Shown here piece by piece: positions 52,832 through 64,000 of a DNA stretch of 64,000 bases. Position numbers and translations under genes: made by a program. Where the stretch lies: NCBI GenBank assembly GCA_012295275.1, contig CM022677.1:22816001-22880000 (forward strand). The letters are read 5' to 3'. How positions within the stretch are numbered: position 1 is the stretch's first letter; every line of letters starts with the position of its first letter. Below the pieces are notes generated by a model, which ran no database searches, was not told the origin of the DNA, and saw only the letters and a list, made by a program, of their open reading frames with translations. This DNA is from Chrysomallon squamiferum (lineage: Eukaryota > Animalia > Mollusca).

Positions 52832-55003
52832 CAGAGTGAATATATCTAAATCTAGAAATACATTTAAAAGGGATAAATTATGAAATATGAAATGTAAATT
52901 TTGACTGAGGGGTTCATCGTGTTTCTTTAGGCAACTTGCAGTTTTCTTTGGTGCCAAGGCACAACATTAGTGCAGTTAAAAGCTATAAAATTAAATAATA
53001 ACGATAACCTCTTTATTACACTTTCCTCTAAGATCAGTCTCAACTAAAAGTTTTATGACATTTTCTAATTTAGTAAAGGCAAACCAGACTAATTTTAACG
53101 AAAGCTTCAGAAAACAGGAGATTTTCTTTGGCATTTTGTTCTTCTAAACCGATTTGTGGAGGAAGAACAAGAACATTCGTAAGTTCCGACATAAAAATGT
53201 ATTGTTTATAATCCAGTGAGTTACTGTCATTTGATATAAAGATAAATTAACATGATAATATAATATCAAGTAATATGATCACGTGATTTACAAGAGAGTA
53301 ACGGTAATTAATTATATTTATTTCCGCCTCTTAAAGTTACTAATTAATTGTTTAAGAAATATGCTGATTTTACTTTCTGCTTGTGATTAATAAATAAATA
53401 AATAAATACATTTAAAAAAAGCTGTCAAATGTTGAAAACATTGATAAATACTAATTGATTATTACTGACACTCTACATACACTTTTTGTTCTCAAAGTTT
53501 TATGACTTAAATTGTTCCAAAAATTGGAAGTGGAGTTATTTTACGACACTCAGGCACTGTGTTTCTCCGATTCTATGTATCTTTGTGTGAGTACATGTAT
53601 GGCTATGTGTGTTTCGCTATCACTGGGTGTATGTCTGTATGTGTTTGGGTGTAGGTGAGTGTATATAAAAATATAAATACGTCTTCTATGATATTTATTT
53701 ATTTATCATCATCATCAGCAGCAGCAGCAGCGTTATTATTATTATTGTTGTTGTTGTTATTATTATTATTAAATGGACAGTTAATTAAATGACAAGATAC
53801 AGACGTAAAGTTTTTAGTTTAAATTAAGTGTTTGAATGTTGGCCACCTCTGTATAAACAAACAACACATCATTTTATTCTTGTTTAAATTTTTGTTTGGT
53901 CAAGAAATGTGGTTAATTTCTGATTAATAATCAAACAGCAAAACACACACACACGCACACAAAGAAGAAGACTGGAATTTTTTCACTCGCAGGTTTGTTC
54001 TGAAATGCTGGGTTTTTACTAGATCACAAACATCTCGTTGTTCTACAGAATCATGCTGAAACGTGTTAAACTTTCCGAAGCATTAAACGTTATGAATCTG
54101 TTATTTAATGAATGATAGAAATCATATGCCGCGGATTGAACTCAAGTATTGTATAAAGCAGCTACCTTAGATTAAAAACAGCTTGCTGTGATTGGTTTGA
54201 TAAGACACGTAATACGAGTGTTAATGCGCAGTTACTGTAAAGAGTAAGCAAACGTCCAACTGGAGGGAGTAATATTAATTTACCTTGATAGCTTTAATCA
54301 GTCAGTTACTTTACGCAAACATATTTCTAATTATTAGTATTATTAGTAGTATTAGTACTATTATAAGTAATATAATAGTAGGTCTTTCACGTATATTTTA
54401 AGGTCTGTTATAATTATTATTTTTCCTGGAGTAACCACTGTTTATAAAAAAAAATTCTGGAATAGATTCCTGAATTTAAGTAACGACACAAAAGAGTTTC
54501 TTTATTTTTCGGAAAGGAAGAACGTGAAGAGAAGAAGAAAGAAAATTGGTAAGATGCTTTTTTATTATTATTATTATTAATGTTATTGTTATTGTTATTG
54601 TTATTATTATTGTTATTCTTGATATTATTATTGTTATTGTTATTATTATTATTGTTATTACTATTATTATTATTATTATTATTATCTCTATTTTTCATTT
54701 TAAATTGTTTCATATGTATTAATATTACTTTACTAAAATTTAATATTTCTTTATTCAGAGCAAAAAATAAGATAAAGAATTTAAATTTTTCACAAAAATA
54801 TATATGTTATTTGTATTAGAGAATAGAGATTTGGGTTTCTAAGTTTGTATGTTTCATACAGATTTCAAATACATGTAAACTGTTTTTCAGCCGTTTCATA
54901 TAGATAATTATCAAAATTTCGAAAATATAATGATTTCTAGAGCTTGATATCTAACATCACTTCTGTTTAAAAGTTTAATTGTGTGTATTTTTGTTTGTTT
55001 GTT

Positions 55004-55034
<31 letters not shown>

Positions 55035-56279
55035 TTGTTCATCGATATGTTTTGTTTGTTTATATTTTTGATATTATTGTTAAAGTTGTTATTGTTATTA
55101 TTATAGTACATCATTATTTTAATTAGTTTTGTTATTTTTAATATTGTTGTTTTAGCTGTTGCTTTTGCTGGTGGTTTTTTTTACTTTTCTTTAGGTAAAA
55201 TAGTTAATTTTATTGGGCGAGAAAGAGAGAGTGAGAGATAAAGAGAGAGACAAAAGATGAGAGAATGAGTGTGTGATAGACAGACAGAAAAAGAAAGACA
55301 GAGAGATAACAGAAAGCGAATGAAAGAATCTCAGAAAAAGAGTGAACACGAGTGAGAGAGTGTGTGAATGTAAAATGTAAAATGCGAGATACGTAGCGAT
55401 ATAAACAGGTTATGGCTGTTCGTGCTTTTGAAAAAGTCGGTTTGACATTTTGTCAGTGACACAGAAAACAGAGGAGCAGAATATGAATTTCCCGGGAACA
55501 TAATGTACTGTATTTTAGTGACTAAATAATTCCCTATAGATTCTTGATATTTACAAACTCTAGTAACTAAGATTTTATTAAGTTTATTTATTTCGAACTT
55601 AATGAAAACAACTAATTATCGATCGTTATTATTATTACTACTAATTATTGATTGTAATTAACAAAAGTAAATGTTGCTTAAACAGATAGGTACGAAATTT
55701 TATTTATTAACAGATCATTATATTTTTATTATTTAGCAAAACGTTCAAAATAAAATATTACTAAATGTTTATAACTGAGTTAAAGCGAAAACCATTCATC
55801 GTCTAAGTGGAATAACTCGGGCAACGAAAAATGTGTACATGTAATATATGAAATGAAGTTAAATTATATCTAATATTTAATTAATTACTCGTTTTTATTT
55901 CTGAAACCGTTTTATTTTTTTTTCTATAATCGTCTGTTATGTGAATAATTTTCGTTTTTATATTTTATATTTATTTAGCTTCGCTGAATAATTAAACACT
56001 ATATCGCCCATACACCATAAAAAATGTAATATAATTTCTTCTTAATTCCTTTACTTCTTTCTCCATTAACAGTTTTATATGGTGTAAAATTTTAAACAAT
56101 AATCAGTTTAAATACACATTTTTCTTTATCAATTTAGATGTTACAGGTTTTTCGTTTTTGTCTTGCGATTATTTGTTCTGCTATTGAGAAATGGTTACAT
56201 TAATTGTTACTTCGCTTCATTGTCATAATTACTTAATATAACTTAACCAAACAAATTAAATTGTTACTGTCAGTAACTG

Positions 56280-56476
56280 TTTTTAACTGACAGAGAAGAT
56301 TGGATTAATAGGCTAAACAAAAAAAAAGTTATGAAACAAAGGGGGATTAACCAAGAAATAAAAGACCACACAAGACAGAAAACAAATAATACATTTACCA
56401 TATTTGATTAAGCCATTCAGCAGCGAGGTAGGGTCAGGTCGTTATTCCTGAATTAATTTCGACAAGATGGGACACC
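56280..56476. mobile_element. Solo terminal fragment of the same MULE family
   Basis: Aligns by eye to 27971-28189 and ends in gacaagatgggacacc, the terminal inverted repeat. Confidence 0.8.
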
Positions 56477-57170
56477 TGAAAATGGGAAATTTTCTCTATC
56501 CTACTGTAGCGCGTAGGAAATTCCCTATAGCTTCTTCAAATTTACAGAATGCGACAGATTTTATTTAGATTATTTATTTCAAAATTTAATAAAAACAAAT
56601 AATTGCCGGTTAACATTGATTGTAGTTAATACAAATAAAATAACTCGAATAAAATTAATGAATATATATATTCTAGAATGTAAGTGTTTAATAGCGGGAG
56701 GGAGAGAGATTGTTATTTTTGATGTTATTATTACTAGAAATAAAATTTGCTGTCTTAATGACTGATTTGCTATGTGATATTATTTACTTAAACAAATTGC
56801 GTCAGCCTCTATACATGGATTTATATTTTTATAGTTGTTGTGGTACTATGTGACCTATCTCTTATTTTTATTCATATAACTGATGTATTTGGCTTACACA
56901 AATACAAATGAACATTCAGAGGTCGCTGATAAAAAGTCACATCTGAAGTAAACACCTGAGTCTATTCATTTTTGTTACTTCAGATCAGTTCACAGCTTTG
57001 TGAATGCTACACACGCAGAACCCATGTTTATTTCTGACATTTTGTCTGTCATTCAGTTTCATTTCATTTCTTTATTTCTCTCTTTCTTTTTGTCTTTCTT
57101 TATTTCTTTGTTTGTTTTGCTCTTTCTTCTTCTTCTTCTTCTTGAATTTAATTTAATTACGCATTCATAG

Positions 57171-57552
57171 AAATTGTAGTAGATGGTCAGTGGTCTGCGT
57201 GGACAGTACCCAGTAATGTAGTGATATTAGCAAAAACACTGTGAAAAAAATAATAAAAAGTCAATTTATTTCTGTTCATAGCAAGAATGAGTAAATCAAA
57301 AAACCTTCCTATAATTTTGGCCTGTTGTTTCAAGTTTTATGTTTGTCTGCGATGCTGCTAATATTTATTCTGGAAATTTTAAGGATAAAATCTTAAAAAG
57401 ACCCGGTAATTTACAACACAACTTCTGGAAATAGTGTACATGAGTGTACATGTACTGACATGGATATTATGAAATCAAGTAATGACGATGTGAATTTAGT
57501 GGAATTAATAACACAGACACTGTCACTCAGCCTTGTTCTGGAGATTTCTGTG
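57171..57552 (+). pseudogene. Decayed thrombospondin type-1 (TSP1) repeat exons
   Basis: The acceptor at 57170 is followed by IVVDGQWSAWT. A second segment reads YNTTSGNSVHECTCTD...TVTQPCSGDFC|GTAAG; single substitutions restore CxxTCGxG and RxRxC. A truncated copy of the first exon start lies at about 62727-62750. Confidence 0.55.
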
Positions 57553-57709
57553 GTAAGAATAAATAATTATATAAAATAAATATAGTAAAATAAATCTGGA
57601 TACAGGAGTGTTATAATAATCTTAAAATTAATGAGTTAGATATTGCTAAGAATTAAATACATAGGTTAACAACAACAGAAAGAATGCCAATACTCTGTCT
57701 ATCGACCTG

Positions 57710-57735
57710 TGAGTCTGTGTGTGTATGTGTGTGTT

Positions 57736-57805
<70 letters not shown>

Positions 57806-57969
57806 TATGTGTGTTTGTGTGTGTGTGTGTATGTGTGTGTGTATGTGTATGTGTGTGTGTGTGTATGTGTGTATATGTGTGTGTGCGTATGTGTGTGTGT
57901 ATGTGTGTGTGTGTATGTGTGTATGTGTGTGTGTGTATGTGTATGTGTGTGTATGTGTGTATGTGTGTA

Positions 57970-58003
<34 letters not shown>
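57710..58003. repeat. Long (GT)n/(GTAT) microsatellite followed by (GA)n
   Basis: Seen directly. Many other (CA)n, (GA)n and (AAT)n tracts occur throughout the window. Confidence 0.95.
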
Positions 58004-58004
<1 letters not shown>

Positions 58005-58157
58005 AAACTTATTTCATATACCGCTAGTTCGGATAAGAAATAAAGAGATAAACTGAGATAGGCAGATAACTAATCTCACACAAAGAAGTCGGTTTGCCGA
58101 GGAACAGCAAGGAAAATCATAAGTTCCTTAATTAATTAAATAATAATAATAATAATC

Positions 58158-58189
<32 letters not shown>

Positions 58190-58551
58190 CATAATCGTAA
58201 TCATAATAATAATAATAATAATAAGAAGAAGAAGAAGAAGAAGAAGAAGAAAATAATAATCTTTCTGACAATCTGAAATCTGAAGTGACATATTATTTGT
58301 TTGCTTATACTCCAGTGTTATTCTCATTGGATGTTTATATGAAATTACCATAATAATATAATATCAAGAAATATGATAATATATTTAATTGCATTTATAT
58401 CCCCTCCTACTTAAACGTTTAAAAATATATTCTTATTTTGCTTCCTTCTTGTGATGATTATTAATTAATTAAAAATATTAACGAGATTGTTTATTTATTT
58501 ATTCATATTCATATTCTTCTTCTTCTTCTTCTTCTTCTTCTTCTTCTTCTA

Positions 58552-58596
<45 letters not shown>

Positions 58597-59101
58597 TTCC
58601 CTTTGGTTATTTGTCTCATTGTTTCAGATCTGTTATTTTATTGTAAAACAGGGTCGCGACAACACTGATTCACAGCAATAAGCACAATAGTAACAATAGT
58701 CAAGTGTCTGAATAGATTTCACGTTAATTCTAACAGCCCAGCTTAAACGAACGCGTTGTCTTCTTCTTTACCAAGATTTAGCACAAGACATTTTGAAATC
58801 CTATTTCGTATTGTAAACTGAGAGTAAACTGAGAGTAAACCCCCAAAAGAACTCTACTATCTCCATCACAATACGTGTGTGTGTGTTTGTACTATTTATA
58901 TCACTATACGGGTGTTTGTGTATGCCGTACTAATAATAATGATGAAAAAATAATAGTAATCATCATGATGACAATGATTTAGACTATATAAAAACATACA
59001 AACATGCCCATGCGAGAATGTACAGAAACCAGTCAGCCGTAATATGTTAATATATCTAATTATGTCGATTTCTACATTTTACATGTATATACGTATTACT
59101 A

Positions 59102-59181
<80 letters not shown>

Positions 59182-60430
59182 TATAATAACTATCTGTATT
59201 TGTGTATCCTTAATTTATTTCATATACATATTAAAATATTTGCTTAATAAAAACGTAATATTTCTTTATTCGTGCTGTTCAGAGAAAAAATATTATCAAG
59301 AATTTAATTTTGATATGTGATAAGTTATTTATTATGATTAGAGAAAGAGAGGCACAGATTTGGGTTTCACTTGCGTAAATTTGTATGTTTTCATTTCTCT
59401 GTAAAAATATAATATAAAAATTTCAAATACATGTAAATACTGTTTCTCAGCTTTTTCAAATAGATACGTTATTACAATTTCACGAATTATAACGATTTAC
59501 TGATTCATAATATCTAATATCAGTTCTGTTTAAGAGTTAAATTATGTATGCTTTTCTTAGTGTGCGTCTATTCATGTGTGTGTGTGTGTTACAGAATGCG
59601 ATAACTGAGAGTCTATTTAATTTATTTATTTCAAAACTTAACAAAAACAATTAATTATCGGTTAATATTGATTGTAATTAATACAAATAAATATTGCTTA
59701 AATCAAATTTAATGAATAGATATATTTTTAATTCTGTTTAAAGACAAATGTATGTGTAAACTATCTCTGTGTGTGTGTTTGTGAATGTGTGTGAATATAT
59801 ATATATATATCTGTGTGTGTAATATTTCTATTACTATATATGTATATGTGTGTGTTTGTGTGTACTGTCTCTATCGCTATAGTGATGTGTATCTGTGTGA
59901 ATGTAAAAAGATTAGGTGTGTATGCTTGCATATATCCTAAATGTATAAATCTGTCTGCTTCTCACTTCATAATTTGAATTCTAGAACGTAAGTGTTTAAG
60001 AGCGGGAGAGAGAGAGATTGTTGATTTTGTTGTTATTATTAATGCAAAAATTTGCTGTGTAACTGACTGCATTAGGGATATAATATTATTTACTGAAACA
60101 AATTGTGACAAACTCTATACATGGATTTATGTTTTTGTAATTATCGTGTGACTATGTGACCTATCTCTTATTTTTATTCATATAACTGATGCATTGGTCT
60201 TAACCCCGCTTGTTCTGATGAGAAAAAAGACTGTCTGAGATAGGTAGGTAGATATAAAGAACAAAAACAAAAACTTGTATACAGGACTAGTGTTTCATTA
60301 TATTTGTATGTGAAATGTTTTGCAAAGTATCTATATAAAGAGATTCAAAGAAAGTATTTATTTGAAATTGTTATGTTTTGAGACGGAAATGAAATGTTTA
60401 TGTAAACAGACAAACATACACAAGTAAAAC

Positions 60431-60519
<89 letters not shown>

Positions 60520-62955
60520 AAGTATGTTTTACTGATTGTAATATTTGAATTATGAACATTAATACATGGATATATGAATGAAAAAATAAACACTTTAATT
60601 TGATAAAAGAACTAATGTTGTTTGTTAATCTGAGGTTTAAAAGAATAATGTAGAAATACATTTTCTTTAAATAATGAAAAATACTAATTAAAAATAAATA
60701 GGGATCATGAAGTATAAATTCTTGATTTTATTTCTGCTCTAAAGGAATAAAGAAATATTCTTTCCATCTAAATGAAGAAAGATTTTACCATGTTTCAAAG
60801 AAACAACAAATATAAACTTCGGGTTACTATAGACTTAGTGTGTTTTGTTTGTACTCAGTTTCAATCACACGGTGTACCTTGGCTCACTACTTTTTAGCCA
60901 CTGTCATGCACTTTTAAGTCTGCCAGTGTTACCCTAAGCCTGACACTAAAATACATTATACCTATTTAGTGACACACTCCAAGCACTGAAGTGAACTTTG
61001 CTCCAGTGTCTCATGTAGAGCTATTCATTCAGTAAAGAAATGGTTTTGATTTGTGGTTTGTGTTTGTATATATTCTCCGTTAATCCAGTTTGAAATCCAG
61101 TAATTTTGGAGATCTTAATAATAATATAATCTATTTATAATAAAGTTATTTCATAATGTAGAAAGTAAAGATTTCAAACTTGATGATTTTAAAGACGTTT
61201 TTCAACAGCAAATGCTTGTTGAACCTGCTTGAAATTCCTTATGAACTAGATTTCTATAATTAGAAATTATTATTATTATTATTATTGGTGTTGTTGTTGT
61301 TGTTGTTGTTGTTATTATTACTATTATCTATATATGATTAATTTATTTCATATTAAAATGTTTCCTTACTAAAAAGATGTATGCTATTCAGAGGGAAAGT
61401 AAGATCACGAATTTAATTTTGATATGTGGAAAATGTGTATGTTAGTTATTATGATTAGAGAGGAAGAGGCTTTCACTTGTGTAAGTTTGTCTGTTTTCAT
61501 ACAAAATTCATTTCTCTGTAAAAGTGTAGCATACAAATTTCAAATAATGTGTTTTTCAAACGTTACAAATGGATACGTTAATAAATATGATACTTTTCAG
61601 AGCATTATATGTAATACTGGTTTTGTTTAAATGTTTAATTGCGTTTGTGTTTGTTTGTGTGCGTGTATCTGTGTGTCTGTGTGTAGGTGTATAGGTGTGT
61701 ATGTGTGATCTATCTTTACTTTTTGCAGAGTTGTTTTTCATAATTATTACCATTTTTGTTGTTATTGTTTCTTGTTAATGTTGCTATAGCTGTTGCTTTT
61801 GCTGTTGTCTATTTAACTATGGTGTAGGTAAAATTGTTATTCTTGTTAGGAGAGAAGAGGGATACTGACAGTAGAGAGGGAGTGAAAGACAGAACAGAAA
61901 GCGAGACAAAGAGTGTCAGAAAGAGATAGAGAGAGCGGTAGAATGACAGAGTCTGAGAGAGACAAGAGTGAGAGAATGTGTGAATATGTACGTATAGGTA
62001 AAATGTAAAATGCAACATACCTAGCTATATGACCAAGTCATGGCTGACTGCCTTCTGTATTAAGAAAAGCAGTTCATATTTCGTCAGTCACCTAGGAAAC
62101 AGAGACGTAGGATACCGCGGTAAAATGATCTCTATCCTACTGTAGCGCATAAATAATTCCCTATAGCTTCTTAAAATCTACAGAATGCAATAACTCAGTT
62201 TTTATTTATTTTATTTATTTCAAAACTTAATAAAAACAAATACTTGCCGGCTAATATTGATTGTAATTAATACAAATAAATATTGCTTAAATAAAATAAC
62301 TCGAATAAATTTAATGAATATATATATTCTAGAATGTAAGTGTTTAATAGCGGGAGGGAGAGAGATCGTTATTTTTGTTGTTATTATTACTACAAATAAA
62401 ATGTTCTGTCTGAATGACTGATTTGCTATGTAATATTATTTAACAAATTGTGTCAAACTCTATACATGGGTTTATATTGTAATACTTGTCGTGTAAACTA
62501 TGTGACCTATCTCTTATTTTTATTCTTATAACTGATGTATTTGTCTTATCACAAATACAAATGAACATTCAGAGGTCGCTGATCTCATGTTTATTTCTGA
62601 CATTTTGCCTGTCATTCAATTTCATTTCATTTCTTTCTTTCTCTCTTTCTTTTTGTCTTTCTTTCTTTATTTATTTCGTTCTTTCTTCTTCTTCTTCTTG
62701 AATTTAATTGAATTACGTATTCATAGAAATTGTAGTAGATGGTCAGTGGTAAGATATAGCTGTTAATTGTTTAGTTTAAATCAAGTGTTTGAATCAGTTC
62801 TGTGTAAACAAATAGCACATCTATTTAGAGTAAAGCTACTTTATGATGTGGAAAGTAAAGATTTTATAGACGTTTATCACCACACCACCAACAGTTATGC
62901 GTGTCGAACTACAAATTATTCTTATTATTGTTGTTACTGTTGTTGGTGTTGGTGC

Positions 62956-62986
<31 letters not shown>

Positions 62987-63230
62987 ATTATTATTATTAT
63001 TATCTCTATTGTGCTAGCTTAATTTATTTGATATGAATTAAATTGTTTCTTAACTAAAATTAAATATTTCTCCATTCATGCTAATCAGAGCAAAAATAGA
63101 TCATTATTATTTTTTCTTCATTTTTCAAAATCTGTTGTTGATGTTGTTACCCATGATGATCATTATAATCATTGTATTATTAAAAGACAATATAGTTATT
63201 TCCCTCAACCACTTAATCTAGCAAATTGAC

Positions 63231-63261
<31 letters not shown>

Positions 63262-63592
63262 AATTTCATTTTGATAAGTGAAAACGATACATGCTATTTA
63301 TTACGATTAGTTTATATTTCATTTCATTGTGAAAATGTATAACTATTTCAAATACATGTGAATACAGTTTTTCAGCTTTTTCAATTTAAATTTCACAAAT
63401 TTAGAGTAATATGTAACATCAGTTCTGATTAAAAGTTTAATTATGTGTGAGTGTGTGTGTCTGTTTGAGTGTATGTGTGTCTGAGTGTAAGTGTGTCTGT
63501 GTGTCTGTGTGAGTGTGTATATGTGTGTTTTTCATCTGTCATTTATGTTTGTTATTATTTTACTCTTTATATTATTGCTAAGTAATATATGC

Positions 63593-63637
<45 letters not shown>

Positions 63638-64000
63638 CGTTGATGATAAACTTAGAAGTTATAATAGCAGTAGCAGTGTTAGTTGTAATAATAATAATAT
63701 TATCTGTGATAGTTCTCGTTTGCACGGTGAAAAGTCAGATTGTGTAAGTGTCCTTAAAATACTCATTAAAAACACTGTTGTGACACGAATATACATGAAC
63801 CTAATTGTAACTATAGACCTATTTATCCCTATTTCTGTGTTTAAAAAAATTCAAAGCTCACAAACAAATAATTCAATAATTCGGAATTTTTAAAATATTT
63901 ACGTTAACAGCATTTTATAAAGAAATCTCGATTTTTAAGGAGCCATTATGAAGCGAGATTGTCCCTTAGAAAGTTATTTTGTAACATGTCCTACTAAGTG

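Larger units (their letters stand above)
45716..54570 (+). repeat. Segmental duplication, copy B
   Basis: Direct repeat of copy A at an initial offset of 10058 bp, with its own sequence at about 51395-51890 and 52335-53900. Confidence 0.95.
54740..63460 (+). repeat. Old, degenerate nested direct duplications (at least 4 partial copies)
   Basis: Shared blocks start at about 54752, 59278, 61384 and 63081. 56490-57195 matches 62125-62750, and 59590-60195 is a third partial copy. Confidence 0.8.

Noticed and set aside
57684-58043. Cys/Val-rich ORFs
   Set aside because: They are translations of the (GT)n microsatellite.

Overview
This is AT-rich, microsatellite-dense eukaryotic DNA, probably from an invertebrate and plausibly a mollusc (inferred from the TTAGGG telomere, LINE types and repeat content). 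A 200-N scaffold gap (18053-18252) splits it in two. Left of the gap lies one intact gene, a GT11 alpha-1,2-fucosyltransferase (single coding exon 7141-8271, probable non-coding exon ending at 945, minisatellite-filled intron). It is followed by a LINE 3' end, subtelomeric satellites and a telomere: (TTAGGG)n for about 350 bp, then about 5.2 kb of (TTAAAA)n. The TTAAAA tract matches the known nanopore basecalling error for TTAGGG, so this is most likely a real chromosome end scaffolded to further sequence. Right of the gap I see no intact gene, only a patchwork of decayed gene pieces the ORF track misses. These are a multi-exon RI-like LRR pseudogene with an internally deleted MULE transposon in an intron, a trypsin-family protease last exon, and TSP1 and C-type-lectin-like exons. 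This side also holds a 10-kb-offset segmental duplication carrying a 139-bp-arm hairpin over a splice donor, and older nested duplications. I found no convincing new biological system; the most striking feature is most likely a sequencing or assembly artefact.
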